A DNA stretch of 64,000 nucleotides from Amoebidium appalachense (GCA_963693365.1 CAVNZM010000004.1:11870468-11934467), one strand, 5' to 3'; shown: positions 1 to 21,177, counted from the stretch's first letter. The notes: generated from the sequence alone by a model not told the origin. Translations and numbers: made by a program.

Positions 1-346
1 TCCCCCCCCCTCCCCCCCCCCCTCCCCCCCCCCCTTCCCCCGGAACAAAGCCACAGTAACCAAGAACAGAACCACAAGAGGTAAAATGAAGGAAAATTCT
101 AATGAAAGGAAAGTCAACATGGAACAGAGTAACCCCAAAGAAACCAAGGCATCCCGCCTCCCCCCCCCCCCCCCCCCCTCCCCGCGCCCCGCCCTGGGGA
201 AAATAAGAAGACAAGAAGAAAACCCCCTCACCCACCCTTTCCTGGCTCTAGCCACAAGACTAGACACCTAAGTCCATCTCCAAAAGGCTAAATGAGAAAA
301 TAAAAAAGGTGTATTTACCCCCTTCCTCCTTCCCCAGCCTTCAAGA

Positions 347-378
<32 letters not shown>

Positions 379-550
379 AAAAAACGACTGGAGGAGGAAG
401 AGGAGGAGGAGGAGGGGGGGGGGGGGGGGGGGGGGGGGGAAGCATGGCCTGACACCATATAACCAAATGCTTACCCACTTCGGTACCCCCAATCCATAAA
501 CAAGCTTACGTCAAAATTTAGCCATCCCTACCCATTATGGTCCTTCCCAC

Positions 551-936
551 CTTAACCTGAAACCCTTCTGGTGCCAACTTCTCCACAAGTTGTACAAGAG
601 CACTATCAACTTGGCTAGACTTTCGCTCTATTAAAGCACTCCCGAAACATCACAAAGAAGGCATTGCCGTTCTTGCTGTGTTAAAGGAAGCTGAATTGAT
701 GTAGTGTTGGTTGCTTCCATTCGCCACATGCGACAGCACAAGCAACTCTGTACGGCAACGGACGAATAAAATATCACACACGGGCACGCCTGAACACAAG
801 AAGCGCTCACACACTCGCGCGAATGAGGAGAGAGGTGGGGGCCAGGAGGCACGTAGAGAAAGTCGCGAGAGTCGAGAGAGTCGAGAGAGAGGAGGGGGAA
901 GGGGGAGGGAGGGAGAGGGGCAGAGAGAGAGAGGGG

Positions 937-979
<43 letters not shown>

Positions 980-1787
980 AGGGAGGGGGGGAGGGAGGGA
1001 GGGAGGGAGGGAGGGAGAGAGAGAGAGAGAGAGAAGCGGGCGGGTGGATGGGGCAAGGAAGGGAGATGGCGGAAACAGAAGCATGCATGCACCTCAAACA
1101 TCCGCCACAGACACTCTCCAAGAAAACGCAAGTCCAAGACTGCAGTCCAAACTCACCTATGCCTGGGTCACCGGGCTGTATAAGTACCATCCTTGCCACC
1201 TCATTCATCTTGTCGGCTTGTTCAACGTCACCTAACTCACTAGTATTTTGTGACTTCGAAATCAGCACGGGTTACATTTGTATGCGTCAGAGGAGAAAAC
1301 CCTACCCCCTCGTGAATCACTACAAAGTTTCTGGACGGTAAGCAAGCGAGTCCTGATGCAACTTCATCCACGCCTGGGGATACACGTTCACGGCATAACA
1401 CTATTTACAACTAAGGAGAAAGGAATAGTAGACCGCTTACGCGTGCACATTCAGTTACTGCCAAAACAGGAAGCTTTACTTCGTGCGCCGGGTGTGGTTT
1501 GAAAAAAAAAAAAATTTAGCGAAAAAAAAAACAAAACATGGAAATGCAGACGGACGGTCCATGCACAAGAAACCAAGTTCATTTCTCCAATAGATACCAC
1601 AATAGTAAAGCCATATATGGTAACTGAAGGATAATCTCGGCACCGTGACTTGAAGTCCTGGATCAAGATGAAGCCAAGCCCCGGTGACTTCGCCGCCGGC
1701 CGGGCACTTGGGCCACCGTCTCACTGGCGTCACACACGAACTTTCAGAAAGAACCACAACGTCCAGGGAGAGCCCAGGTCTTGTCAT
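551..1787 (-). CDS. Partial multi-exon hypothetical protein gene, continuing off the left edge
   Basis: Tentative phase-compatible GT-AG exon chain on minus: MTRPGLSLDVVV...LYYC / VKLPVLAVTECAR / AWMKLHQDSLAYRPET / FELGDVEQADKMNEVARMVLIQPGDPGI / ELLVLSHVANGSNQ... / QVDSALVQLVEKLAPEGFQVK. Some introns are very short and some donors are weak. No family recognised. Confidence 0.35.
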
Positions 1788-1865
1788 TCGCGTAGACCAG
1801 ACATACTCTTTCTGAAGACAAAGACAGGGGAGCTAGAGTAGAAACGGGCCCGAGTTTGCCGTACG

Positions 1866-8379
<6,514 letters not shown>

Positions 8380-9158
8380 GAACAAGGTGGGGGGAGGGTG
8401 GTATATGATTTGCCTCCTGGTGTTGGCCCTTGCCGATGGTTCGTGAATGAAGCAGCTTGTCAATATTGAAATGTCGAGTGTAAGGCATGCCGTTTTCAGA
8501 TGTAGTTCGGATGAGCGGGAGGGCCTGGCATATATTTATTCCTTTCTTTTTGCGAGGGGGGGGGAGGGATAGTACAAAATTTTATATGCCTTTTGGTGTA
8601 CATATAATGACGTAATAATGGCATGTTTGAAAAACTGGAAGGCAAACGGTTCTGGGGGAGCCTGTGGGGCGTACAGTAACGTATGTCTGTCGGGCAGCCT
8701 GAGCCTGACACAGGAGTGAGCATGACTGAAAGTCTTTGCTAGCAAAAGGCAACGGATACGTAGGTGCTTTGTGGGACACATCAAGCACAGGCACCACAAA
8801 TTATTACAAGTTTTGTATGAAAATGATGAAACGAAGCTACTGAGCAGCACAATTTCCACATATATAAATGTTTCCTCCTGATGGATGCCGCAACTTGAAT
8901 CAATATGGGGATTACACTCAGTGCGCTTACTCGAGGCATATGCATGCAAGCGCCCAAGTGATCGAATCGAATTAGTTGACTCGTGTTCAAATTTGTCCCC
9001 CCCCCCCCCCCCCCCCAAAAAAAAAAAAAAAAAAAAAAAAAAAAACGAGCGGCAACACAGACACACACACACGTGCACACACACTTTCACACTGTGGCTG
9101 GCACACCCGGGGAGAAGATATGGTGCCACATGCACGGAGTTAAGTAAAGGTACTGTAC

Positions 9159-9211
9159 CAAGGCCTCCTATAAACTAACAGTGTTCCAGTGTTAGTATAT
9201 AGGAGGCCTTG
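9159..9211. mobile_element. 53-bp hairpin mini-MITE with 8-bp TSD (hAT-like)
   Basis: TSD TACTGTAC at 9151-9158 and 9212-9219. Element CAAGGCCTCCTATAAACTAACA...TGTTAGTATATAGGAGGCCTTG is almost wholly self-complementary. Confidence 0.8.
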
Positions 9212-9719
9212 TACTGTACACGATCACTCGACTATCGATCGCTATGTGTGCAAGCAAGTTGTGTGCATCACGCTTGCAGCCGACATGAACATGTGCAGTC
9301 ACATGTATTAGTTAGTGGATGATGGCTTTCTTGCAATCGTGATGGCATGCATGCTTAATGGTGACTAGTTATAGTCAGGTTCGACTGTCAGCTGTGGTCT
9401 CCAAATGCGGTTCCAATCTAAAGATTCATAAGAACATATATGCACTTGTGCATTTGCAGAAGGCTTGAGCAAAGCCTCCTCATGGTCATACTCCACGTCC
9501 ACTCCACCGTGCAACCGTTGGCATCCACCCCGACGCCAGAATGGTAGTCCAAAGGTTTCTGACGTCACGCTTTCAATAAAAGCATATATTTAGTCATCAA
9601 AAGTCAATGTTAGGGGTAGCTTTTGAGGATTACGCGTCGGAGTCATGTGACAAGAAAAACTGAACGAAAATCTTTAAAGCTATCCGATGTGTGCATCCAC
9701 AGAAAGAAAGGCTGATAAC

Positions 9720-10382
9720 ATGGGTCAGACCTTAGGCTCAGCCAGAACGACCTCTCGGAAGGGGAAAAGCCAAGAACCCGGCAAGCGAAAACAGCAACGT
9801 GTGCCCCTTGCACAGGTGAGGGAAGCAGTTTTGAGGGAGCTTGAAGCAACACCGCCACAAGATGTTAACGGATGGGTGGAGGCTCTGAAGAAGTTATTGC
9901 CACCAAACAACAACAGCCCACTGCTGGAGCAACCAGCAGAGTTGAGCCCCTACCTCTACCTTGGTGACGGGATTCAAGCAGATAATCCGGGTTTGCTTAT
10001 GTCAGAAACGGTCAAGATTACTTGTGTAATTTGTTGCCATGGGAAAGAGCCAACACGTGCTTGCCAGTACGAACCGAATATAACCTGTCACATATTGGAA
10101 GCAGAAGACCTGATCACTTACCCGTTGCTAAAACAAGATTATGCTACATTTTCGTCATGGGTTGATGCTGCACGGGAGAAAGATGGAAAGATTTTCGTTC
10201 ACTGTGAGAAGGGGATAAACAGGAGTGCGACACTCTGTGTAGCGTATTTGATAGAGAAAGAACGTATGCCACTTACTCGAGCAGTAATGCGTGTTCACGA
10301 CAGGAGGCCTATCGTTCTTCAGAATGCTGCTTTTCTGGGCCAACTGGTCGAGTTTGCTGAGAAACTTGGATTGTGCAGGTAG
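9720..10382 (+). CDS. Atypical dual-specificity protein phosphatase, single exon
   Basis: 220-aa ORF from ATG 9720. Contains PAELSPYLYLGD, an acid loop EAEDL, active site VHCEKGINRSATLCVAYL (HCxxGxxRS) and RPIVLQNAAFLGQL (DSP C-terminal motif). Confidence 0.92.
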   Translation: MGQTLGSARTTSRKGKSQEPGKRKQQRVPLAQVREAVLRELEATPPQDVNGWVEALKKLLPPNNNSPLLEQPAELSPYLYLGDGIQADNPGLLMSETVKITCVICCHGKEPTRACQYEPNITCHILEAEDLITYPLLKQDYATFSSWVDAAREKDGKIFVHCEKGINRSATLCVAYLIEKERMPLTRAVMRVHDRRPIVLQNAAFLGQLVEFAEKLGLCR

Positions 10383-11759
10383 CCTTCCCTCGTGTGCGTT
10401 CTTCTTCCTAGCTACTGCAGGGGCACTTCACATGTGCACATTCTGGTGACATTGTGTAGCACAGGCCTTTTTTCATGCAAGTACACAATGCGTTTTTTCC
10501 CCTTGAACGCGCTTTTTGCTTTTTTCTGCACACGGCAAGGGCACGTACGTGTGTGCTGTGCCAGCTAAGGTGCAACTGTGTAGTGGTACGATCGTTGGAG
10601 GACGAGATAGAGACTCACAGGCACGTCGCTGAATTATGCAGCTGCAGAACCCTGAACATTGTTGCCTAGATGATCATAGCGGTTCTCGCTGAGGTGTAAA
10701 TAGAAAGATGATTGGACATGCACAACTATGATTTTGGTAAACTGTGTATGATCAACATGCACAAGAGGGAAAGTGTGCGCTGTAATGTAGAAATCATGCC
10801 TTATAACTCCTATATTAAACCATTACACCCAGACGTGTGAATAACGACGATGATAACTATAGAATGGAGGGTGCCTACCGGTGGTCAGCCGAGCAGCAGT
10901 TCCAGCCTACGTATGATAAGAGACAAACGGTTGCTGCCGCACAGAAGGCTGCACGCATGCATAGTGAGTTTATCTTGTAACGCCTACACACTAGCTCACT
11001 AGCCTTCCTCTCCCGCTACCTCCCACCCCCCCACCCCCACCCCCCCGCCACCCCCCCACCTCCCCCCCACCCCACCCTACCCTTCCCTCCCCTTCCCGTA
11101 CCGTTGTCCATGATCGTGGAATCAGGCATCCCTCGTGTTTCTCCCACCCACCCCATGCCTTCCTCTTCTTCCCTCCCTTCTCATGGATTTTCTCTCTCGC
11201 CCCTCTCTCCCCGTCCGAATAATTTTGTCCCCTGTGTTAGACCTAGGCCCTCTACTGGTACCGAATCGCGGGGGCCCCAAACCATAGTCCCCGCTGTCCC
11301 TTTCCCGCTCCAGGTACGTCAAGCTCACTACATGAATCAGCTCGTGTGAAAATGATGTTCCTGAGACGTTTCACATCCTCTTGCACGCACGTAAAAGTCC
11401 GAGGACCTAAGTTGCACATGAGTAGTACAGCATGGCCGTGCCCCCACTTTTTTTGTTGTTTTTTTTTTCCTTTTATTTTTTTTCCAAATGAAAGGTTACG
11501 TTGGCTTTTCCCGTCCTCTGGTGCTCTCTGATGACGTGATCTCCGGCGGCAGCCAACATGGCCAGATATGGAAGGTAAATGAGCCAATAGGAAAGTACAT
11601 GTGCTTTCCCCCACTCAACAATCAAGAGTGAAGTTTCCGTTTTTAAGAATAGCATAAAAATGCGAAATGTCAATAAAGGAAATGTTAAGTCTTATGATTA
11701 TATTGTTTATCTAAATATTTTATGCATTTTATATATTTTGTATAATTTTTTATTCATTG

Positions 11760-11930
11760 CATTGCATTGCCTACACCTGGAAAGCGTACATTCTGGAGAT
11801 CGATTATGCAAAACTGATTTGGTATATCTCTATGCATAAAAAACTTAGATCTAGGAGGTTGACCTTCGGAAGCTGTAGCTCAGATCTGGTGTGTGACTGA
11901 CTGAGACTCGCCTCGGAACGGCTTTTATAT
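11760..11930 (-). mobile_element. Probable non-autonomous Helitron-like element fragment (5' end on minus strand)
   Basis: Minus strand reads ATATAAAAGCC...TCAGTCAGTCACACACCAGATCTGAGCTACAGC...TTTTTTATGCATAGAGATATACCAAA: an AT-rich start, short tetranucleotide microsatellite and conserved-looking core, a layout typical of Helitron/Helentron-derived elements. No 3' hairpin-CTRR end identified. Confidence 0.35.
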
Positions 11931-12095
11931 GAACGGTTGCGCAAACCCACAGGTGTGCACTCCGGAAAGTCAGAGAAAGGCATACTTGGCCCGTGAACAT
12001 CGCTGCCTCTGTTTATTCCTACGTTCTAAGAGGTAGGGGCCAGGCACCCCATGGAGACAGCGAAAGCCCGCCATGCACAACCTCTTCCTCCTCCC

Positions 12096-12129
<34 letters not shown>

Positions 12130-12866
12130 CCCGGTCACATCCCCACTCTTCCCTCTTCTCCCCCGATAGTTCTCAGCCCATCCCTTGCTCGCACCCTTCT
12201 TTTGCCCCCAAACCTCCCCACCGTTTGCTTCACGAGGCTTGGTTGAAACCCCCTCCCTCTACCCACCAACACACACGCACAGATACACACAGACAAACAC
12301 CACCACACATAACACGCGACATCGCCATCACCATAACCAACAGGTGCTTCCACCCACCCTCATAAAAAGCCATACTCTTTGACTAAACGACCCACGCTAA
12401 AGTCAGACCGCCGAACCACTCTTTGGCAAGGCCCATATTTCCCCCTGCAACCCCAGTACTTCCATGTCTCTCTTTAACGGGAGGACCATGTCACCTGTGA
12501 GGTTGCCTCTTTCTACTATCTTCTTCTAGACCATCTACACGGTACCCGAACACAAAACATAAGCCTGCCGCTCCCCTTTTCCCCTTCTCCTTAACACGCA
12601 CGCACAGTAAACACACGCACGCTTCTTTTAGCATCAGCGTCATTCCCCTGCGCTGTTTTCTCATTTTCGACCGAAAGCTGCCTGGTCTATGCCCCTCTAG
12701 GTACGAGCGCATAGGGCAGAAGCACATGTTCATGGTGCACATTCAGCACTGTGTCTACTGCCAAGCGCACCCACTGGCCAGCCAGTGGTCATTTTACTTC
12801 TTGGTTGTTGCTCATGTTCGTTGACCCTTTGCACTTTTCAGGTCGTTGCTCAAACACCAACCAAAA

Positions 12867-13995
12867 ATGGGGTCGCTTGAGAGAAGCGACAAGTTCCGGT
12901 TTGCCATTGACCGTGGTGGCACGTTCACGGACGTGTACGCCGAGTGTCCTGAGGGGATTGTGCGTGTGATGAAGCTGCTGTCAGAGGACCCGGATAACTA
13001 CCCTGACGCACCGAGAGAGGGTATGGGGGGGTCGAACTATTGCAGGAGCGGAGCAACACCAAGTCCTTTTTTTTTTTTTTTTTTTTTTTCCCCAAGGGTG
13101 GCCGGGGGGAGAGGGGGAGAAGGGAGAGGGGGGGAAGGGGGAGGGAGGGGCAGAGGACAAGAGGGGGGCCGGGGGGAGGGGGGAGGGGGATGAGAAGGTG
13201 GGGGGAGGGGGGGGGGGGGGGGGGGGGAGGAGCGAGGGGCAGGGGGAAAAGGTCAAGGTCCCAGGGGGGAAGGCTCAAAAAATTAACAACAGGGAGCGGA
13301 AAGAGATGTGTTTGTGTGTGTGTGTGGGGCGGGGGGGGGGGGGGGGGGGGGGGGGTATGAGGGCGGTTAGAAAAATATGCATGGGTGCGGAGATGAAGTC
13401 TGGCAAAACTGGTGGAAGGAAGGGAGATTGGCGTGCTGGGAGAGGTGCAAGGGGGTGAGGAGACAGGTTGGCGTGGCTTTCGTTTGTATGGCTCCCGTGG
13501 TTGTAGAGGGATAGCCCCGGGGGCAGGAGGGAGGGGAGAGGGGGAGGAGGGGAGGGAGAAGGGAGGGAGGGTTGTGTTAAGTCGTGAAGGCATGACATCA
13601 TGACTCGGGGTTTGCCTTTTATTTTCCCCTTACGTTGTTTTCTTTACAATTGATTGAGCAAAGGAACTGTGTGGTTGGTTTAGAGAGGAGGGGCGGGAGG
13701 AAGAGAGCGGGAGGGGGGGGGGGGGGATAGGGAGGGGGGAAGGGGGCGGGGGGGGGGAGGGGAAGGAACTATGCAGGGTAATGTGAGGGAATACCACGAG
13801 GCGCCCCGGGGGAGGGAGGGGGGGGGGGGGGGGGGTTGTTCAGTTAGTGTTCGCGTGTGTGTATATATATAGGGGGGGGGGGGGGGGGAGGGGAGTAGGC
13901 CTTTGGGTTTCTAACTACCATGATTGTCAATTTAACGTGCCGCTATGCTTGCAACCCCCATTCTGCCCTGCCATGCCAGCAGTGCGAGCAACCCC

Positions 13996-14026
<31 letters not shown>

Positions 14027-14393
14027 ACACACACTGGGAATGATTGATGATTCTTTACCCATCTAATATTACAACCACCCCCAGGTATCCGTCGTATTCT
14101 TGAAGAGCAAACTAAGATTCCCCACCCTCGTGACCAGCCAGGTATCCCCTCTTCCTCCCCCCCCCCCCCCCCCCCCCCCCCTTGCCTTTCCCTCCTTCTA
14201 TCCTTGAGCCCACGCCTCCCCACTCTCCATCTTCCTCACACACAAACACACACACACTTTCTCTCCCGAGCACGGCACACACCCACACACCCCCACACAC
14301 AAATACACAAACTCTCTCTTTGTCTCCCTCTATTTTTCTCTCTCCCCCTCTCTTTCTGTATTCCTTCCTCCCCCTCCCTGCCCCCCCCCCCCC

Positions 14394-14429
<36 letters not shown>

Positions 14430-14556
14430 CAAACACACACACACACCCTCCACCCCTGCCTCCCACCCGCCTCCACCGGTTCCCCCTCCTGCCGTTTTTT
14501 AAGGAGGCGAATGAGGCAAGGAGGCGAATGAGGGCCGGGTGGGAGAAGGAGGGAGG

Positions 14557-14596
<40 letters not shown>

Positions 14597-15203
14597 TCGT
14601 GCCTTTCGTGTATACATGCAAAAGTTGGTTTTCAACCAATCCCGCTTACCGATCTACATGTGCACACAGTGGACACCAGCAGGATCGAGTTTATCCGCAT
14701 GGGCACGACTGTTGCTACCAATGCTCTGTTGGAGAGAAAGGGGGAACCATTTGCCCTCCTCGTGACAAAGGGGTTTAAGGACCTTTTGCACATTGGCACA
14801 CAGTCACGCCCTAAGATTTTCGACTTGAAAATTGAGACACCTGGAGTTTTACACGCCATGACGGTGGAGGTTGATGAGCGGGTGATCTTGCAGCAGGACG
14901 AGAAGAGGGACGATGCAATTAGGGGGGTCACTGGAGAGTACGTGTATGTGGAAAAGGTGAATGGGGTTTTTGTCATTTCATTGTGGGTCCCCGTTCATGC
15001 TGGTTGCTGAGGTTCCGATAGTGAGTTGGTTATTCAGCTAGATATGTACATATCTAATGAACGAGTAATGATGTGACGTGCTAGCTGGACATCAATCCAA
15101 CTTCACATGTTAGTTGTTTGCTGTATTACCATACAAACATCCTTCTTTGCCTGTTTTTGAGGAATTGAGGCTTTGTGTGTGTGTGTTTTGGGGGTGTGTG
15201 TGT

Positions 15204-15237
<34 letters not shown>

Positions 15238-16187
15238 GACTTATGTGTTCCATTGGTAATAATTGTGAACGAGTCGGAGGAAAGGAACAAATAGCCCATA
15301 GATTGGTGGTACACGAAGAGAACAGGGGCTTTATCTGCATTTTAGCACTATGTGGCTTGCCAAACATCGGTACACCCCCGCGGCGGGGGAGGGGGGGGGG
15401 GGAGGGGGGGAGAGGGAGAGGGGAGGTTGGGGGGAGGAGGGGGGAGAGGGGGAGCAAATTCTATGCTGGCTGGATCCTCTTCATAAACACCATCCTAATC
15501 TAATTTATATTTTCCCAGGAGCCAGATCTTGAAGCCGTGCGCCGAGACCTCGAGAAGGTTCTAGCAGCGGGCATTAAAGCACTGGCCGTGGTGTTCATGC
15601 ACTCGTACACGTACCCAGTGCATGAGCAGAGGGTGGGGGACCTGGCACGTGACATGGGCTTTGACCACGTGTCGCTGTCGGCTGCAATTATGCCTATGGC
15701 TAAGGTGGGGGAGTGGGTGTGGGGCATGCATAAAACACGTGTGTACATACTTAAATAATGGTGCAAGTGTGTGCGCATGCACGTAACATTGTGACACATG
15801 TACACGTGGAAACACTTGGATGCACAAGCACACAGAAGCAGGCAGACGGACACGCTCAGACATGCATTAGCAGATGCAAGGAGCACAGATGTCGGCATGC
15901 TTTTGGTTTTGCTGTTGCTCCGCCATCCTAGAGATATACTCTGATTGCTGCATATTTTCTCCGTTCTTCGCCTTTATCCTCCCCCCCCCCCCACCACCAC
16001 CACCACCACACCACCACCACCACCACTTTGTACTGAAATCTAGTATTAAACCTTCCCCCGCCCCAAAACACACAAGGAGGCACAGACACTCATCACCTAC
16101 TCACTGACACTGTGTGGTCGCAGATTGTGCCCCGTGGCTACACTGCCTGTGCCGATGCATACCTCACACCATGCATCAAGGTAATCA

Positions 16188-16228
<41 letters not shown>

Positions 16229-16261
16229 AAAAAAAAGAAAAAGAAAAGAAAAAAAAGCGTG

Positions 16262-16322
<61 letters not shown>

Positions 16323-16509
16323 ACACACACACATGCACACATGCACAGGCACACAAAACTCCAACACCCACAAACACCCCCACAATTACTGCAGGGCTCC
16401 TTGCTCCTCTCTTACTTCAATTTATCCCCTTCCTTCCCCACCCACCCACCCACCCCATCCCCGCCTTCCCCCCCGTCCCTCCTTTGGCCCTTCTCGCACA
16501 CACACACAC

Positions 16510-16586
<77 letters not shown>

Positions 16587-17472
16587 GTGTGCACCGCCCC
16601 ACCTTTCCCCACCCAACACCCTCCCCTGGACTTGTCCCAATTATCGACCAAAAAACATGTGTCTAACGTTTAAGAAAAGGATTTCCCATTTCCCAGCTTG
16701 CATTTCTCCTGCCCGGATCTAGTCAACTCCTCAGATAAACCCAAATTTCCTTTTTCCCTCTCTTTTCCCCCCCCTCTTTTTTCCTCGTTCAACCTTAAGG
16801 ACAAAGGGTTCAAAACTAAATTTCCTTATATACCATATATGGTATATGAGACTATTGGTCCGTTATATCCCCACCAATCAAATTGAGTGCGGCCATGAAC
16901 CATGCATGTGCATAACGGCAGATCGTAATCCCCCATACTCCCTAACTCCCGATACTCAGTGGGGGCCGATAATCCTACATATGAAATTTGATCAATTACA
17001 TAGTGAAATTTCAAAATGAACCCTTTGTCCTTAACTTACCATTTAATCACACCCACAGCGCTATGTCAAATCTTTCAGTGAGGGATTTGCAGGGGGGCTC
17101 AAAGATGTCAACGTCTTGTTCATGCAGTCGGATGGTGGCCTTACTCCCGTGGATGCTTTCAATGGTGGGTGGTTAGAATGGTTAATGATTCGTTATACTA
17201 GAGGTGTGGGTGTGTGCACATGTGTGTGTGCTTTTGAATTGCTTTTCTTGTTGGTGGTATCAGCTGCTATGCCTGGCTGGGAAGAGAATTTCTATAGAAA
17301 CGTGACCTATAAAAATTGATGCTGCTGTACATTCCCACCAGGTTGCCCCCTCCCCCCCCCTCCCCCCCCTCCCCCCTCCCCGCCAAATCCTCCGGCCTCT
17401 CCTGGCTCCTCCACACACTGTGACACACACACTCACTCACGTGCACATAAACGGTAAACCACACACATGTAC

Positions 17473-17570
<98 letters not shown>

Positions 17571-18996
17571 CGCAAACACACCATGTAGGTTCTCGAGCCA
17601 TTCTGTCGGGGCCTGCCGGTGGTGTTGTGGGCTATGGGTTGACGTCATACAAGAAGGTCACCGAGAGACCTGTGATTGGCTTTGATATGGGCGGCACATC
17701 TACAGATGTCTCTCGCTATGCCGGCACATATGTGGGTTCACAGAGTTTCGCTGTGTGTGTTGTCGGGTATATGTGTGGTCGTGGATGAGGGTGAAGGAGG
17801 GTGGAAAGGGGTGTTTGAATGTTCCCCCCGCGGGGATGGGGGAGGGGATGAGGAGCGGTTGTTGGGGAGTGGGGTACATCATGTGGGTATGACGTTTATC
17901 AGGACTTTGGGCCATGACGTATCTGTTTTCCTCATGGACACGACACATGGGCGTAGGAAAAACATGGAGGATGGCTGTTTAAAGCTCAACGGATTGGCCA
18001 GTTCCCCTGTAAATGATTTGTTTAGCTCTACTGCAGCGTCGACCATGTGAAATCTGTGTCTATCCGGATTCGGTTCTTCATAGCTTGATCGCAACTTACG
18101 AGAGGGTCGGCCGTATAAGAGCTACCGATGACCATACATGGAGCACAAGCGGATAGCAGGTGACGTCATTTGATCAATCAGTCTGAAGGGAATAGTCCAG
18201 GCAGTCCACACTGGGTTTGCATGTTTCGGCTAGCAGCTTTTAGCCATGACCTGTAATTGAAAATAAGCAATTATATCTTAAAATGTACTTATCACGTGAT
18301 TGCATGGAACAGGAGCACGTGTTTGAGACCACCACTGCAGGCATCACCATCCAGGCACCCCAGCTGGACATCAACACGGTGGCTGCAGGTGGGTGCATGT
18401 GGAAATGTGTGTATTTGCACACGGTTAGGCACCCATGTATGGGTAACCCATAAAGAGAAAATGTCGGAATTTTTACGGTAATCCTTTCGGAACTAGTGCG
18501 TAAACTATTGGGATCGTGCCGCTAGTCTATGGTAATCCATTGTGACTCTGGAAATTTCCGACTTATCTATTGTTTTTTCAACTAAATGGCCACTCCTTAC
18601 GTTTGCTTTACCGATAAGCATGTCCATTACTGATAAAGTTTTGAAGTACAATTATGTTGGGGCGTCCGACTAGAAAGACTGAGGAATGTTATCCCAAAGG
18701 TTGTCAGGCAGTAACAAAGGCAGCAGCAACACGATTTTATCTTTCGCTTTACCTGCTCACGTGACAATGGCATGCAGGTGGTGGGTCCCGGCTGTTCTTC
18801 CGTTCTGGCATGTTTGTGGTCGGCCCCGAGTCTGTTGGTGCTCACCCTGGCCCTGTTTGCTACAGAAAAGGTTCGTGTCCCTCTCTCCCTCCCTTCTCAC
18901 CCCCCTCCCTCCCCCCCCTTCCCCCCTCTCCCCTTCAAACAATACGCAGACACATGCGGGCACGCCCACACACACGAACACGCACACAGACACACA

Positions 18997-19036
<40 letters not shown>

Positions 19037-19510
19037 ATCCATCCATCCATCCATCCATCCGCCTGCCCGTCGTCACCACCGGTCCAAGCACCACCGTCAT
19101 TGCACAGAACATAGGATTCGGTACAGTAAGTGGAAACCAAGAGACAAAGAAACCACCGTCAACAGTCTGGAACCCGCACCTTGGCATACACTTCCCAGTC
19201 ATTCTTATCCTACCCTGCATATGTGTCAGTCACCCTTTGCACATACCTCGATTTGTGAGTCTTGCTTGCTGATGTATACCATCCTCCCCACCAACGGTCC
19301 GTCGTGATCTCTTATCTCTTAAATCACCAAGTCACGAATCAGAAGGCCTCCACATTGCTTAATAGCCAAACAGATTTGCCTTTTTTTTTCGTATGCCATC
19401 ACTAAACAGAGTTGTAGGTGTTCATGCATTAGTGATAATGTATCACTAAACTTGGGCAACATACAGGCGGGAACCTGGCTGTTACCGATGCAAATCTGAT
19501 GCTTGGTAAG

Positions 19511-19570
<60 letters not shown>

Positions 19571-20594
19571 AAAAAAAAGAAAAAGAAAAGAAAAAACACC
19601 GCACACATACACACACGCATATACATATACACACTACTCTCTCTTTTTATTTTTTTCCCTCCCTCCCTTCCCTTCCTGCCCTCCCGTCCTCCCACGACCC
19701 CTTTCCCCCCACCCTCCCCACCCCCCTTCCCCCATCCCCCTCCTTCCCTCGATTCCTTGCTCCTTCCTTCCTCCATCCTCCTCCCTGCCTCCTGCGCCCT
19801 CCCTCTTCCCTCTCTTCCCCTCTCTCCCTCCCGTCCCTCCCTCCCTCTATGCCTCTTCCCTCCCCCCCTTCCCCCCCCCCCCCCCCTCCCCCGGCCCTCT
19901 TCTTCCCGGTTAAGTTAAACACTACCTGTTTCTTCCGTAGATATATAATTGTCCACGTTCTCTTGCTGAAATTGGCCATATTTCGTCTTTTGCCTCTTTA
20001 CAACCAAGTACCCCAGAGCCCTCCCTCCCCCCCCTCCTCTCCCTTGTGCAGGAAATAGGCGGATGTGCAAATATTCGGACATGCCACTCGCTCGGAACCT
20101 TGCATTCACGCATATTCGTTTGCTCCACCTACACCGAATCCCCCTCCCCCCCCTTCCCCTCCTCTGTACCACCAACCCAATTCACATATCATGTATTTCC
20201 GTCCAACCATCTATCACATTCCAGCATGACAACGTACGCAACTCCTTCTATGTTTACAGGGCGCCTACGTGGAGAGTTTTTCCCCGCCATATTTGGCCCA
20301 ACCGAAGACCAACCATTGGACGAGGAAGGAACTAGAAAGGCCTTTGCTCTTCTGACTGATCAAGTCAACAAGTTCAATGCACTAAAGGCAAAAGGAAACT
20401 ACACGCCCATGACACCAGAAGAACTTGCCTATGGGTTTGTGTGTGTGGCTAATGAGGCCATGTGCAGGCCCATACGTGCACTGACACAGGCAAAGGTGTG
20501 TACGTGTGCGTGTGTGGGCGGGTAGGCAGAAGGGTGTGTGCGTGTGGGCATGTGTGTGCACCTTTTTTATTTTGGCCGGGGAAAGGAGGTGAGA

Positions 20595-20664
<70 letters not shown>

Positions 20665-21177
20665 AGTCGTGCGTTGGGATGTGAGCGTGTGGTGGGTGAG
20701 GCTTTTTTCCTTTTTTCCTTCTTTTTTTTGTTGCCGCGAGGGGGGGGGGGGGGGGGGGGGGGACAGAAGTATGCTTTGGCAGTCTTACATTCAATGTTTT
20801 TGAATCCTTTTGTGTTTTCTGAGGCCACAAATGTTCGATACGCCTCATCTGCCTAGCCACCAGTGTACCCATTGATCACTTCACATCTCCACCATTAATT
20901 TTTACATATTGATCGTTTCTCATCCCCACCAATCTATTTTTATCTCCCAATAGGGTCATGACACTACGGCACACACGTTGGCCTGCTTTGGTGGTGCCGG
21001 AGGCCAGCATGCATGTGCCATTGCAAGGTCACTGGGCATGAAGGAGGTCTTCGTGCACAGGTGTGTGTGGGTGTGTGGGTGTGGGTGTGTGGTGGGAAGG
21101 AGGGGGTGACAAGGGGGAAGGGGCAAGGGAGGGAGGGAGGGGAAGAGGGGGGGGGGGTCTGTGTGTGGGTGTGTTAA

